A DNA stretch of 64,000 bases, from NCBI GenBank assembly GCA_945901795.1, contig CAMDLP010000002.1:21325-85324 (forward strand). Reading direction: 5' to 3'. The DNA is from Akkermansia muciniphila. GTDB taxonomy: Bacteria > Verrucomicrobiota > Verrucomicrobiia > Verrucomicrobiales > Akkermansiaceae. Shown here one piece after another: positions 55,325 to 64,000 of the stretch; the first letter of the stretch is position 1, and every line of letters starts with the position of its first letter. The notes beneath the pieces are model-generated. The model saw nothing but the letters and a program-made list of their open reading frames with translations. It did not search any database and was not told the DNA's origin. Position numbers and translations under genes: made by a program.

Positions 55325-56440
55325 TTAGGCTTTGGTGCGGGTGCGGAAAATGAAGGGCGAGGCGAGCAGCAGCAGGAAAAGCACGCCGCAGGCGATGGCG
55401 AGGAAGAGGACGAGTGGTCCTCCGCCGGCATGGGCATGATCGTGGTCTCCACCGCCAGATCCGGCGGCAGCGATTTCCTCCTTCGACATCTCGGTGCCAT
55501 CCTCGTTGTGAGGGTGGCCGTGGGCGGCATCGAGCGCTTCCTTGAGCGAGGCGCTGCCTTTTCCGGCGAAGGACAGGGCATAGGAACCTTTCAGGACCAC
55601 CTCGTCTCCGGGGAGGAGACCGGCGGTGATTTCCACGCGGTCGCCGCCGATTTCACCGACGGTGACGGGAACGCGGACGAAGGCGTTTGCCAGCTCGTAG
55701 TCCTTGATGAAGACGAAGCGGTTAGAGCGGTCTCCTTGTAGCGCATCGCGCGGGATGCTGAACACGCCTTCGCGTTTCGCAGCGATAAGGGAAAGCTCCA
55801 CGCGCATACCAGGGCGCAGCTTCAAGCCGGGATTTGGCAGCTCGAAAATGGCATCCACGGTGGATGGGCTGGATTCCTCGCCCGGAGCGAGCCGGAGGAA
55901 CGCCGACTCATGTTCTTCCTTGCCGAGCGCTGGGATGCGGACTCTAGCGGTGAGGCCTTCTTTCAGCAGCGCGGCCTGGTGCTGTGGCACGCGGGCGACG
56001 GCCCACACGTTTGTTAGGTCGAGAATTTCCATCAGCATCTTGTCGGGTTCGACGGGAGCGCCGAGGTGGCCGTCGGATCGGGTGACGAGGCCGTCGGCGG
56101 GAGCTTTCAGCTCGATGACCGGTGGTGGATCGCCGGGCTGGCGGCTTTCGATGCGGAGGAGGACGTCGCCCTTTTTGGCGAACTCGCCTTTGTGGATTCG
56201 CACCTCGATGATCTTGCCGGCGATGCGGCTGGAGAGCACGGAATGGTTTTCGCAGGTGTGTTCGATTTCGCCGAGCACCGGAATGGTGCGCTCGAAGGTG
56301 GATTCCTCGACGGCGACGGTTTCGATGCCGAGATTTTGCACGCCAGCTGCATCGAGCACGACGGTGTTTTCGTTGCGTGGCGGCGCTTCGGCCGCGAGGG
56401 CGGAGGTGATGAGCAGAGCTGAGAGTGATAGAAATTTCAT
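55325..56440 (-). CDS. RND periplasmic adaptor (CusB/CzcB-like) with a His-rich tail and a C-terminal hydrophobic helix
   Basis: Signal peptide; barrel-sandwich, beta-barrel and MP regions; C-terminus HGHPHNEDG...GGGDHDHAHAGGGPLVLFLAIACGVLFLLLLASPFIF. Confidence 0.85.
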   Translation of the reverse strand: MKFLSLSALLITSALAAEAPPRNENTVVLDAAGVQNLGIETVAVEESTFERTIPVLGEIEHTCENHSVLSSRIAGKIIEVRIHKGEFAKKGDVLLRIESRQPGDPPPVIELKAPADGLVTRSDGHLGAPVEPDKMLMEILDLTNVWAVARVPQHQAALLKEGLTARVRIPALGKEEHESAFLRLAPGEESSPSTVDAIFELPNPGLKLRPGMRVELSLIAAKREGVFSIPRDALQGDRSNRFVFIKDYELANAFVRVPVTVGEIGGDRVEITAGLLPGDEVVLKGSYALSFAGKGSASLKEALDAAHGHPHNEDGTEMSKEEIAAAGSGGGDHDHAHAGGGPLVLFLAIACGVLFLLLLASPFIFRTRTKA

Positions 56441-56452
56441 GGGTGAGATGAG

Positions 56453-57679
56453 TTAAGGTTTGCCGAGCGCGGTTTCGTGGCGCACGCGGGCGAGGTGGAA
56501 TTCGCGCAGCGCGTCGAGCCGGGCGGCGGCAAGTTGCAGGCGCTTCTCGCGGGAGCGGAGGACGGATTGAATTTCGCCTTGGCCGTTGCGGTAGGTGGTT
56601 TCGGCGAATGCGGATTGCTCGTCGGCGAGCGGGAGCAGGGTGTCATTGATCTCGGCGATCATTTTCGCCCACTCCTGCATCTCGTTGCGGGCGGCATCGG
56701 CTTCGAGGTGGATGTTGCGGCTGAGAGCGACGGCTTCCATTTCCTTGCGCTGTTGCCGCGCCTCGGCTTCCTGAATCGCGCCTTCGTTCTTGTTCCGCAG
56801 CGGCAGGGGGATTTTGAAACGCAGGCCGACGATGGCCTCGTTGTCATATCCGTTAGGCGCGTCTTCCGTGCGCTCGGCGGCGGCGAACAGCCCGCCTTCC
56901 ACGTCGTCGAAGCGGCGGGCTTGTTCGAGCGCGACGCCTTGCTTGGCGGCAAGCGCGGCGAGCTTGGCGGCTTGGAAATCCGGGCGGCGCGACGGGTCGG
57001 CTGCGGTGCCGGACAGAGTGGCCTCAGGCAGGGTTCCGCCGACGCTGAGCACTTCACCGGAACGCATTCCTAACAATGGCTTGAGCTCGCCGACGATGGC
57101 GGCTTCCCCGGCGTCGAGCTGGCGCATTTCCAGAGTGAGGCTGGCGGCTTCGAGTTTCGCCTGGCCGGCATCTAGCGGCGAGCCTTCGCCCTTCGCGGCG
57201 ATTTCGGATAGGAATTTGGCGAACTCGCCGGATACGCCGGATTGCTCGCGGAGGAGGGCGCGACGCTGGCGGTTGGCGAGGATTTTGACCACCGCCTCGC
57301 GCGCCTGGCCGGTGAGTTGGCGCTCGACTTCGCGGACTTCCGCCCCGGAGGCTTTGAGTTCGGTGAGCGAGACGTTCTTTTCCAACTGCAGCCTGCCGGT
57401 GACGGGGAAGCGCTGGGAAAGGCCGACTTCGAATCTTCCCTCGCGGAAGCGAGGGTTGTGTTCGAGCGAGGTTGCGAGCTCCGGATTCGCGAGGCGGCCG
57501 GACTGGTTCATGCGGCCGACGGCTTCTTGGATGCGGAGGCGTGCGGCAGCGAGATCGGGGTTCTGAGCGCGGATGCGGTCGCCGACACTCGCCAGCGAGA
57601 CGATCACGTTAGGTTCCGCGCGGAGCGGGAGGGTCATGCCGGCAAGAGCGAGCACGGCCAATGGATAGAATTTTGACAT
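56453..57679 (-). CDS. TolC-family outer-membrane factor (CzcC-like)
   Basis: From MSKFYPLAVLALAGMTLPLRAEP; two OEP repeats. Confidence 0.8.
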   Translation of the reverse strand: MSKFYPLAVLALAGMTLPLRAEPNVIVSLASVGDRIRAQNPDLAAARLRIQEAVGRMNQSGRLANPELATSLEHNPRFREGRFEVGLSQRFPVTGRLQLEKNVSLTELKASGAEVREVERQLTGQAREAVVKILANRQRRALLREQSGVSGEFAKFLSEIAAKGEGSPLDAGQAKLEAASLTLEMRQLDAGEAAIVGELKPLLGMRSGEVLSVGGTLPEATLSGTAADPSRRPDFQAAKLAALAAKQGVALEQARRFDDVEGGLFAAAERTEDAPNGYDNEAIVGLRFKIPLPLRNKNEGAIQEAEARQQRKEMEAVALSRNIHLEADAARNEMQEWAKMIAEINDTLLPLADEQSAFAETTYRNGQGEIQSVLRSREKRLQLAAARLDALREFHLARVRHETALGKP

Positions 57680-57804
57680 GTTTGTTGAAATGAAGGCCCG
57701 CATTGAAATTGCGGATTTGAAACGGGACCCGGGCCGGCGGAATGGTGCCAGGCGGGAAATGACGGCGAGCCTCATGGGCACGCCGGAGCGCAATCAAACG
57801 GCGC

Positions 57805-58158
57805 TCAGATCAACGGCGGCTTTTCCGAACCGAGAACCGGTGCCTCGGGCGGAACCTCGCTCTCATGAAGGATCTCTAACAAAGAAGACCCGGGGATCCC
57901 GAGCCTGCCGTTGAGATCGTTTTCAACGGTCAAAGGCTGCGCCTGCGAACAACAGCCGAAGTGATGGTGGTGATCCAACGGGCAGTCGTCGCCATCGTGG
58001 TGATGCTCCTCCGGCGCGGGCGCGCCGTGATGATCCTGGCAACAAGTGTCGGCCGATTTGGCGCAGACGGCGACCCGGCCGTCCTCGGCAGCGAGGACGC
58101 GGGCATTCAGCCCGGCCAGCGTGCAAATCACCATCAGCCATGTCAGTAGCGGTCTCAT
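57805..58158 (-). CDS. Small secreted Cys-doublet/His-rich protein (117 aa)
   Basis: MRPLLTWLMVICTLAGLNARVLA signal; RVAVC, DTCCQDHHG, EEHHHDGDDCPLDHHHHFGCC, SEVPPEAPVL; first gene of the RND module. Confidence 0.55.
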   Translation of the reverse strand: MRPLLTWLMVICTLAGLNARVLAAEDGRVAVCAKSADTCCQDHHGAPAPEEHHHDGDDCPLDHHHHFGCCSQAQPLTVENDLNGRLGIPGSSLLEILHESEVPPEAPVLGSEKPPLI

Positions 58159-58350
58159 CAACGGGCGCAGAATCAACGAGGTCCCGGGCGAACTCAAGGA
58201 AAAATGCAGGTGGCGGTGGCCTTCGGCCGGTGGCGGTTTGATCGGGAACGATATCGCTCTTTGCTTGTTAGGTCGGCGGGCTGGGCGCGTTTTTGCGGAC
58301 TCCGGATTCTTCCCGCTTGGCCTAGCGCGTTCTTGTGGCAGAATACCTTC

Positions 58351-59355
58351 ATGGAAGACGATGATCCAGCGGCCTTCGGCAAAGAGCTTGTTGTCAGGCA
58401 ATTTGGGAATCCCCGGGATGTCCTCAAATTCGAGGGTGAATGCCTGATTTCCCAAACACTTGATCCCGGCGATGTCCTCGTCCGCATCCTCGCAGCACCG
58501 GTGAATCCGGCCGATCTGAACACGATCGAGGGCACTTACGGGGTGAAACCGCCGCTGCCTGCGACGCCTGGCGTCGAAGGTTGCGGGGTGGTGGAGATGA
58601 GTAATTCCGCGGATTTCGAGGAGGGCGACCGCGTGATTTTCCTGCGCCGGGCATCGACCTGGGCGTCCCACACGACGGTTCCCGGCGAGAGTCTTTTCAA
58701 ATTGCCGGCGGGGCTCGATCCGCTCCAAGCGGCGATGCTCAAGGTGAATCCCGCGACAGCCTGGCAACTGCTTCACGGCTTCGGCGCGCTGGAAAAAGGC
58801 GGGTGGATCGTCCAGAACGCGGGCAACTCCGCGGTCTGCCGCTGCGTCATCCAGCTGGCGCGCGATCTCGGCATCCGCACGATTTCCTTCGTCCGGCGGC
58901 CCGAGGTGTTCGAGGAACTCTGCGGACTCGGAGCGGACCATGTTTTCATCGATGCCGAAGCCGGTCATGCCGCCGCCAAAGAAGTCCTCGGTGGCGCGAA
59001 CGCCGCGCTTGCCTTCAACGCCGTGGGCGGGGACAGCGCGCTGCGCCTAATGAAACTGCTGCGCGAAAGCGGCAGCCACATCACCTACGGCGCGATGGGC
59101 CGCAAGCCGGTGACGATTCCTAACGGGCTGCTGATTTTCCGCGACATCCAAGTGCGCGGCCTGTGGGTGAGCCGCTGGATCGAGAACGCGCCGCGTGACG
59201 AAGTGCATGGGGTTTATGCAAATCTAGCCGCCCGCGTGGCCGCCGGGACACTCTTGCAGCACGTGGATTCCACTTATCCGCTAGAAGCGTATCGCGACGC
59301 GCTTGCCCGGCTGGAAGCGCCCGAGCGCTCGGGGAAAGTGCTGTTCGTACCGTGA
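58351..59355 (+). CDS. MDR-superfamily NAD(P)H-dependent reductase (2-enoyl thioester reductase-like)
   Basis: LAAPVNPADLNTIEGTYGVKPPLPATPGVEGCG, NAGNSAVCRCVIQLA. Confidence 0.8.
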   Translation: MEDDDPAAFGKELVVRQFGNPRDVLKFEGECLISQTLDPGDVLVRILAAPVNPADLNTIEGTYGVKPPLPATPGVEGCGVVEMSNSADFEEGDRVIFLRRASTWASHTTVPGESLFKLPAGLDPLQAAMLKVNPATAWQLLHGFGALEKGGWIVQNAGNSAVCRCVIQLARDLGIRTISFVRRPEVFEELCGLGADHVFIDAEAGHAAAKEVLGGANAALAFNAVGGDSALRLMKLLRESGSHITYGAMGRKPVTIPNGLLIFRDIQVRGLWVSRWIENAPRDEVHGVYANLAARVAAGTLLQHVDSTYPLEAYRDALARLEAPERSGKVLFVP

Positions 59356-59361
59356 GCGGAT

Positions 59362-60246
59362 TCATTCCGCCAGAGTCCGCCGCCACGTGTCGGGCGCTTG
59401 GCCGTAAGCTTGCTTGAACGCGTTCGACAGGTGGAAGCCGGAGCTGAACCCGACGCGCGCCGCGATGTCGTCGAGCTTGGCATCGCTGGACGCGAGCAAC
59501 CGCCGGGCGCGGGTCAGGCGCAGGTGGATGACGTATTTCCACGGCGCGAATCCGGTCCGCGCGCGGAAGGCGCGGCGGAAGTGCGAGTAGGCCACGCCGA
59601 GTTTCACCGCGAGTTCCTCGACGTTGACTGGCTCGGCGTGGTGCTCGTTGAGAATCCGCTCCGCGTCGTTCACCGCGCGCTGGATGCGTGACGGTCGCAC
59701 GCCGCTCTTCGCGGCCCGCGCGCAGAGCGCGAGGACCCTCAGCGCGGCGGCGGATAGTTCGGGCTGGGAAACGGATTCTATCGAAACTTGGCGATGGATG
59801 GCGTCCAGAGCTTCCTCCAGTCCGGCATCGATCGCGCCCGGATAGAGAATGGAGGCCGGTGGAAATGTTCCGGCCGAAAGCAGTCCGTTCACCGCCGGGC
59901 CTTGGACCTCGATCCAGCTCTCCGTCCAACCCGTCTGCGGATCGGGACGGTAGCGATGCCATGTTTCCGGCAGGAGCAGAAACGCCATGCCCGCGCGGAC
60001 ACGGCGGCGGCCGGTCGCGCGAGTTTCCAACCAGCCTCCGCCCTTTGAAACGAGCACGATTTGGAGCGCGTCGAGCACTCTTCCGTGAGACCAATTCAGT
60101 TCATGATTTTCCGGGTGAAGAGCGAGCGGATAAGAGGTTCCCGCCTGGATGCGGGTATGCCCGGCGGCCGTCACGCCGAGGCCCCAGAGCGCGATGTCCG
60201 GAGTCGCGGGGAAGTAGCGGAAATAGTCGGTGGCGGATGAGGTCAT
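59362..60246 (-). CDS. AraC-family transcriptional regulator
   Basis: N-terminal cupin-like sensor, C-terminal double HTH (VEELAVKLGVAYSHFRRAFR, IAARVGFSSGFHLSNAFK). Confidence 0.85.
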   Translation of the reverse strand: MTSSATDYFRYFPATPDIALWGLGVTAAGHTRIQAGTSYPLALHPENHELNWSHGRVLDALQIVLVSKGGGWLETRATGRRRVRAGMAFLLLPETWHRYRPDPQTGWTESWIEVQGPAVNGLLSAGTFPPASILYPGAIDAGLEEALDAIHRQVSIESVSQPELSAAALRVLALCARAAKSGVRPSRIQRAVNDAERILNEHHAEPVNVEELAVKLGVAYSHFRRAFRARTGFAPWKYVIHLRLTRARRLLASSDAKLDDIAARVGFSSGFHLSNAFKQAYGQAPDTWRRTLAE

Positions 60247-60310
60247 TTTCTGTATGCAAATGATCATTACTCCCATTTCCAAAGCGCTGGCGATCCGATA
60301 GTTTCGCGAA

Positions 60311-61374
60311 ATGAAAAACACTCCGGTGCGCGTTGGGCTTTTTGGGATCGGCTTGGACACCTATTGGCCGCAGTTCGCCGGCTTGAAGGAGCGGCTGGAA
60401 GGCTATCTGGGAGAAGTCAGCGCGAAGCTCGACCGCCCGGGCGCCTCGGTTTGATGGGTCATTATTATAATGGCATGCTCGATATTTATTCCGACATCAC
60501 GCTCCAGTGCGCGACCTTCGGCGGGCACCTTGAAATCGTGGAGGTCGATGAGCTCGCGGCGAAGCGGCGTGATGTTAGCGATGTGGAAATCGCCGCGCGG
60601 GTTGCGCTTTTCCGGGAGCAGTTCGATGTGCAGGCGGACTGCTCGCAGGAGGAGCTGGAACGCGCGGCGCGCACCTCGGTCGCGCTGGAGCGGCTGGTCG
60701 CGGAGCACGATCTCGGCTCGCTGGCGTATTATTACATGGGCACCGGCAACGTGGACAACGAGGACGCCATCAGCTCGATCATTCTCGGAAATTCGCTGCT
60801 AACCGCCCGCGGCATCCCGGTCGCCGGCGAATACGAGGTGAAGAACGCGCAGGCGATGAAGATCATGGACAGCTTCGGCGCGGGTGGTTCTTTCACCGAG
60901 TATTATGCGATGGATTGGAAGGAGGATGTGGTTCTGATGGGCCACGACGGACCCGGCCACATCGCCATCGCGGAGGGGAAAACCAAGGTGCGGCCGCTCG
61001 ATGTCTATCACGGCAAGGTCGGCCGAGGATTGTCCGTCGAGATATCGGTGAAACACGGGCCGGTCACGCTGCTCTCGGTCGTCGAGACCGAGGACGGACG
61101 GCTCAAGCTGCTGGTCGCCGAGGGCGAGTCCGTCCCGGGTCCGGTGCTGGAAATCGGCAACACGAACAGCCGCTACAAGTTCAGCATCGGTGCCCGGCGA
61201 TTCACCAACGACTGGAAGGCGCAAGGCCCGGCGCACCACTGCGCGGTCGGGGTGGGGAATCTCGCCGGGAAAATCGAAAAGCTCGGGCGTCTGCTCGGGA
61301 TCGAGACGGTACAAATTTGCGGAGGTCCGGGAGGGGCCACCTCCGGCCTTGCGCGGTTGAGCTTTGACCGTTAA
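60311..61374 (+). pseudogene. L-arabinose/L-fucose-isomerase-family gene with an internal deletion of about 140-150 codons plus a frame change
   Basis: N-terminal 47 codons MKNTPVRVGLFGIGLDTYWPQFAGLKERLEGYLGEVSAKL... end at TGA 60452-60454. Another frame resumes at RLGLMGHYYNGMLDIYSD... and continues to the normal C-terminus; the central part of the family is absent. Confidence 0.75.
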
Positions 61375-61386
61375 ACGTTCGCCCGC

Positions 61387-62619
61387 ATGGCCACGATCAA
61401 TTCCAATTTCCTCAAGCTCAAAGCCGGTTACCTGTTTCCTGAAATCGCCCGCCGGGTGCGCGTTTACACCGAACAAACCCCCGACAAAGCCGCCCGCATC
61501 ATCCGTTGCGGCATCGGCGACGTGACCGAGCCGCTGCCCGCCGCCGTGGTGAAAGCGATGCACGAAGGCGTGGATGAAATGGCCAGCCGCGAGACCTTCA
61601 AGGGCTACGGTCCGGAGCAAGGCTACGAGTTTCTCCGCCAAGCGATCGTGGACAACCAGTTCGCCGATCTCGGCATTTCCGCCGACGAGGTTTTCATCTC
61701 GGACGGCTCGAAGTGCGACACCGGCAACATCCTCGACATCTTCGGCAAGGGCAACGTCATCGCCATCACCGATCCCGTCTATCCGGTCTATGTCGATACC
61801 AACGTGATGGCCGGCAACACCGGCGACGCGGATGAAAAGGGCGCCTACGCCGGCCTGCTCTATCTGCCGTGCAACGCGGCTAATAAATTCGTCGCCGACG
61901 TTCCGACCGAAAAGGCAGATCTCATTTACCTATGTTTCCCGAACAACCCGACCGGAGCCGTCGCTACCCGCACGCAGCTCGAAGCCTGGGTGAAATTCGC
62001 GAAAGCAAACGACGCGATCATCCTCTTCGACGCCGCCTACGAGGCCTTCATCCAGGACCCGGAAATCCCGCGCTCCATTTTCGAAATCGAAGGCGCGCGC
62101 GATTGCGCCATCGAGTTCCGCAGCTTCTCGAAAAACGGCGGCTTCACCGGCGTCCGTTGCGCCTACATCGTCATCCCGAAATCCGTTAGTGGCAAGTCCG
62201 ACACCGGCGAGCGCATCCCGCTCCATCAACTCTGGTCGCGCCGCCACAGCACCAAGTTCAACGGTGCCAGCTACCCGGTCCAGAAAGCCGCCGCCGCCGT
62301 TTTCTCTCCCGAAGGAAAACAACAGGTCAGCGCCCTCATCGAGCACTACATGGGGAACGCCAAACTCCTCCGCGAAGCCGCCGCCGCTGCCGGCCTCCCG
62401 GTCTTCGGCGGTGAAAACGCGCCTTATGTCTGGGTCGGCTGCCCGGCCGGGCTCAGCTCATGGGACATGTTTGATAAAATGTTAGGCGAGGCGCAGGTCG
62501 TCATCACTCCCGGCTCCGGCTTCGGCTCCGCGGGCGAAGGATACTTCCGGATCTCCGCTTTCAACTCGCGTGCGAATGTGGAAGAAGTCTGCCGCAGACT
62601 GAAAGCGCTGGTCGCGTGA
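61387..62619 (+). CDS. dapL: LL-diaminopimelate aminotransferase
   Basis: [82 protein letters not shown] are colinear with DapL. Confidence 0.9.
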   Translation: MATINSNFLKLKAGYLFPEIARRVRVYTEQTPDKAARIIRCGIGDVTEPLPAAVVKAMHEGVDEMASRETFKGYGPEQGYEFLRQAIVDNQFADLGISADEVFISDGSKCDTGNILDIFGKGNVIAITDPVYPVYVDTNVMAGNTGDADEKGAYAGLLYLPCNAANKFVADVPTEKADLIYLCFPNNPTGAVATRTQLEAWVKFAKANDAIILFDAAYEAFIQDPEIPRSIFEIEGARDCAIEFRSFSKNGGFTGVRCAYIVIPKSVSGKSDTGERIPLHQLWSRRHSTKFNGASYPVQKAAAAVFSPEGKQQVSALIEHYMGNAKLLREAAAAAGLPVFGGENAPYVWVGCPAGLSSWDMFDKMLGEAQVVITPGSGFGSAGEGYFRISAFNSRANVEEVCRRLKALVA

Positions 62620-62910
62620 TGCAAAAAAGTAGTCCATTACTACCATTGATTGTGATTCAGACAACGCAGGTGCAGCTCCCGTTCCCGCTGCCAAGGCGTC
62701 GGCGCATCGCGAGGCGTTCGTCGCGTGGTAACAGCCGGGACATCCGGAACATTACCCCGAAAATCTTCGTTTTGTGCTCGTTCCGTGAGGTTCTCAAACA
62801 ACGGGTGAAGCAAGGATGACTCTGTGGGGGAATGTGCAAATCTTCCGAAAGAAGAGAATGAGCGTATCTGTTTCCCTTCAGCAACCAACCGGGGTGATCG
62901 CGGCGGCGGT

Positions 62911-63340
62911 TTACTGGGCTTCTTGTGTTAGTTCGATGTTGCGGAAATAGATTTCCGCGCCATCGGATTGCAAGCCGATGGGGCCGGCCAGCACATGCGA
63001 CCAGCCGCTGAGGTCTGATCCATTTAAAAGCGTGGTGGTCGTTTTTGTGGTGGGTATCGGCGTGGTTTTCACCAAAGGATTTCACGAGGGCAAATCCGTA
63101 AACCAGCTCGGTCTCGTCGGTATCAAAGCCGTGTTCGACGCAGATCTGGGAGTTCAGGGAGAACCAGTTGCCGAGGTCTAACCAGGGTGCGATGCCCGGT
63201 GCGATGGCGGTGTCACCGCCGAAGGTGCTGCTGCCGGTGGGGATGACGGTTTCGACTTGGGCGGTGAGGAGGATGTTCATGTCGCGCTCATATTCGGGGG
63301 CCGTCTCGTTCCAGCGGTCGCACGTGAGACAGGATGAGGA
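62911..63340 (-). pseudogene. Decayed gene: 5'-truncated unknown domain, frameshift, then a DUF1080 domain reduced to its two ends
   Basis: Coding-like frame ...CDRWNETAPEYERDMNILLTAQVETVIPTGSS...FGENHAD. After a frame change it reads ...TTTTLLNGSDLSGWSHVLAGPIGLQSDGAEIYFRNIELTQEAQ*, that is, the DUF1080 N-terminal motif (LxNGxDLSGW) joined almost directly to its C-terminal motif (GPIGLQ..G..xxFRNI). Confidence 0.5.
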
Positions 63341-63366
63341 TGCGGAGTGAGGCGTCAAATCATTGG

Positions 63367-64000
63367 GATGAATCGAGGACATGGGTTACAACCTGACCGG
63401 GGCCATGGGTTACCCGAAACCGGTCTGCCGTATATGTTTCGCATCGAAGGCCTTGCCAACGGGCAGGGCGATAAGAAAATCCAAGCCTACAACTACCGTG
63501 TCTGCCTGACGACGGATCCCAAGCTCCGGATTCGGATTGAAAAGCCGGAGGGCTATCGTGAGCTCGATCACGAACTCCTGCTCCGCAACTTCGACGCAGG
63601 CGATGGACGGCTTCCCGCCCTGATAGAGCCATTGGAAGGATCCGGATCCAAAGTCGATTGGAACAACATGCACGCGGTGGGCTCCGACCATCCCGGTGCG
63701 AATTGGGACTACCCGCAAGCCAGCTATGAAAAGCGGCGTGAGATCGAAAAGGAACACGAGACTTACATCCGGGGTTTCCTGTGGACTCTCTCGAACAACC
63801 CACGTGTTCCCGAAGCGATCCGCCAGCAGGCCTCCGCTTACGGTTTGCCCAAGGATGAGTTCACCGACAACGGCGGCTGGCCATGGATGATCTACATCCG
63901 CGAGGCCCGGCGGATGGTTTCCGACTATGTGATGAATCAGCACGATTGCGAAGGAAAGCGCTCCACACCCGACCCGGTCGCGCTTGGATCATTCGGCATG
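63367..64000 (+). pseudogene. FAD-dependent oxidoreductase family, lacking the N-terminal FAD-binding region; continues past the window end
   Basis: GDKKIQAYNYRVCLT, KVDWNN, NWDYPQASYEKRREIEKEHETYIRGFLWTLSNNPRVPEAIR, DNGGWPWMIYIREARRM are mid-to-C-terminal blocks of this family. The ORF opens only at 63367, right after a stop; it is missing from the ORF track because it has no stop in the window. Confidence 0.55.

Noticed and set aside
1-64000. CRISPR arrays, rRNA genes, integrases, transposases, IS ends, reverse transcriptases (retron/DGR)
   Set aside because: I looked for regularly spaced repeats and for the corresponding protein signatures in all six-frame ORFs and recognised none. The Ter island may have its mobility genes outside the window.

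Overview
High-GC bacterial chromosome segment, origin-proximal (dnaA-dnaN at 19958-22579). The gene content (DapL-type lysine pathway, SHD1 and DUF1080 domains, many secreted repeat proteins) looks PVC/Verrucomicrobiota-like; that placement is inference only. Most of the window is ordinary housekeeping: argB, accD, menA, rnc, folD, rimO, dapL, avtA-like, tRNA-His. Four things stand out. (1) The left 9 kb looks like a conflict or stress neighbourhood. It holds a visibly lower-GC Ter module (TerY-vWA, three TerD paralogs, TerC, an XRE regulator) that ends exactly where menB is cut. It also holds a 942-aa single polypeptide fusing an archaeo-eukaryotic primase-polymerase, a Cys4 knuckle, a DEAH SF2 helicase and a DUF559/Vsr-like nuclease (6281-9109). 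That protein is my best candidate for a poorly described or undescribed stand-alone defence system. (2) A 12-kb co-directional efflux array (46263-58158) carries a CzcCBA-type RND module and a MacAB/DevBCA-type ABC module. Each module is headed by a small secreted Cys-doublet protein, and further Cys-motif periplasmic proteins are interspersed. (3) Gene remnants are unusually dense: menB, ackA, vapC, an arabinose-isomerase-family gene with an internal deletion, a DUF1080 gene, a 5'-truncated FAD oxidoreductase, a frameshifted GNAT and an orphan ABC-2 permease. This points to ongoing genome erosion or to assembly problems. (4) Small DNA-level oddities: a 36-bp perfect palindrome, a 20-nt direct repeat separating argB and menA, and a C8 tract splitting a low-GC orphan membrane ORF. 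I saw no CRISPR array, rRNA, integrase, transposase or reverse transcriptase. All calls come from reading the supplied ORF translations and the DNA by eye; no searches or computations were run.
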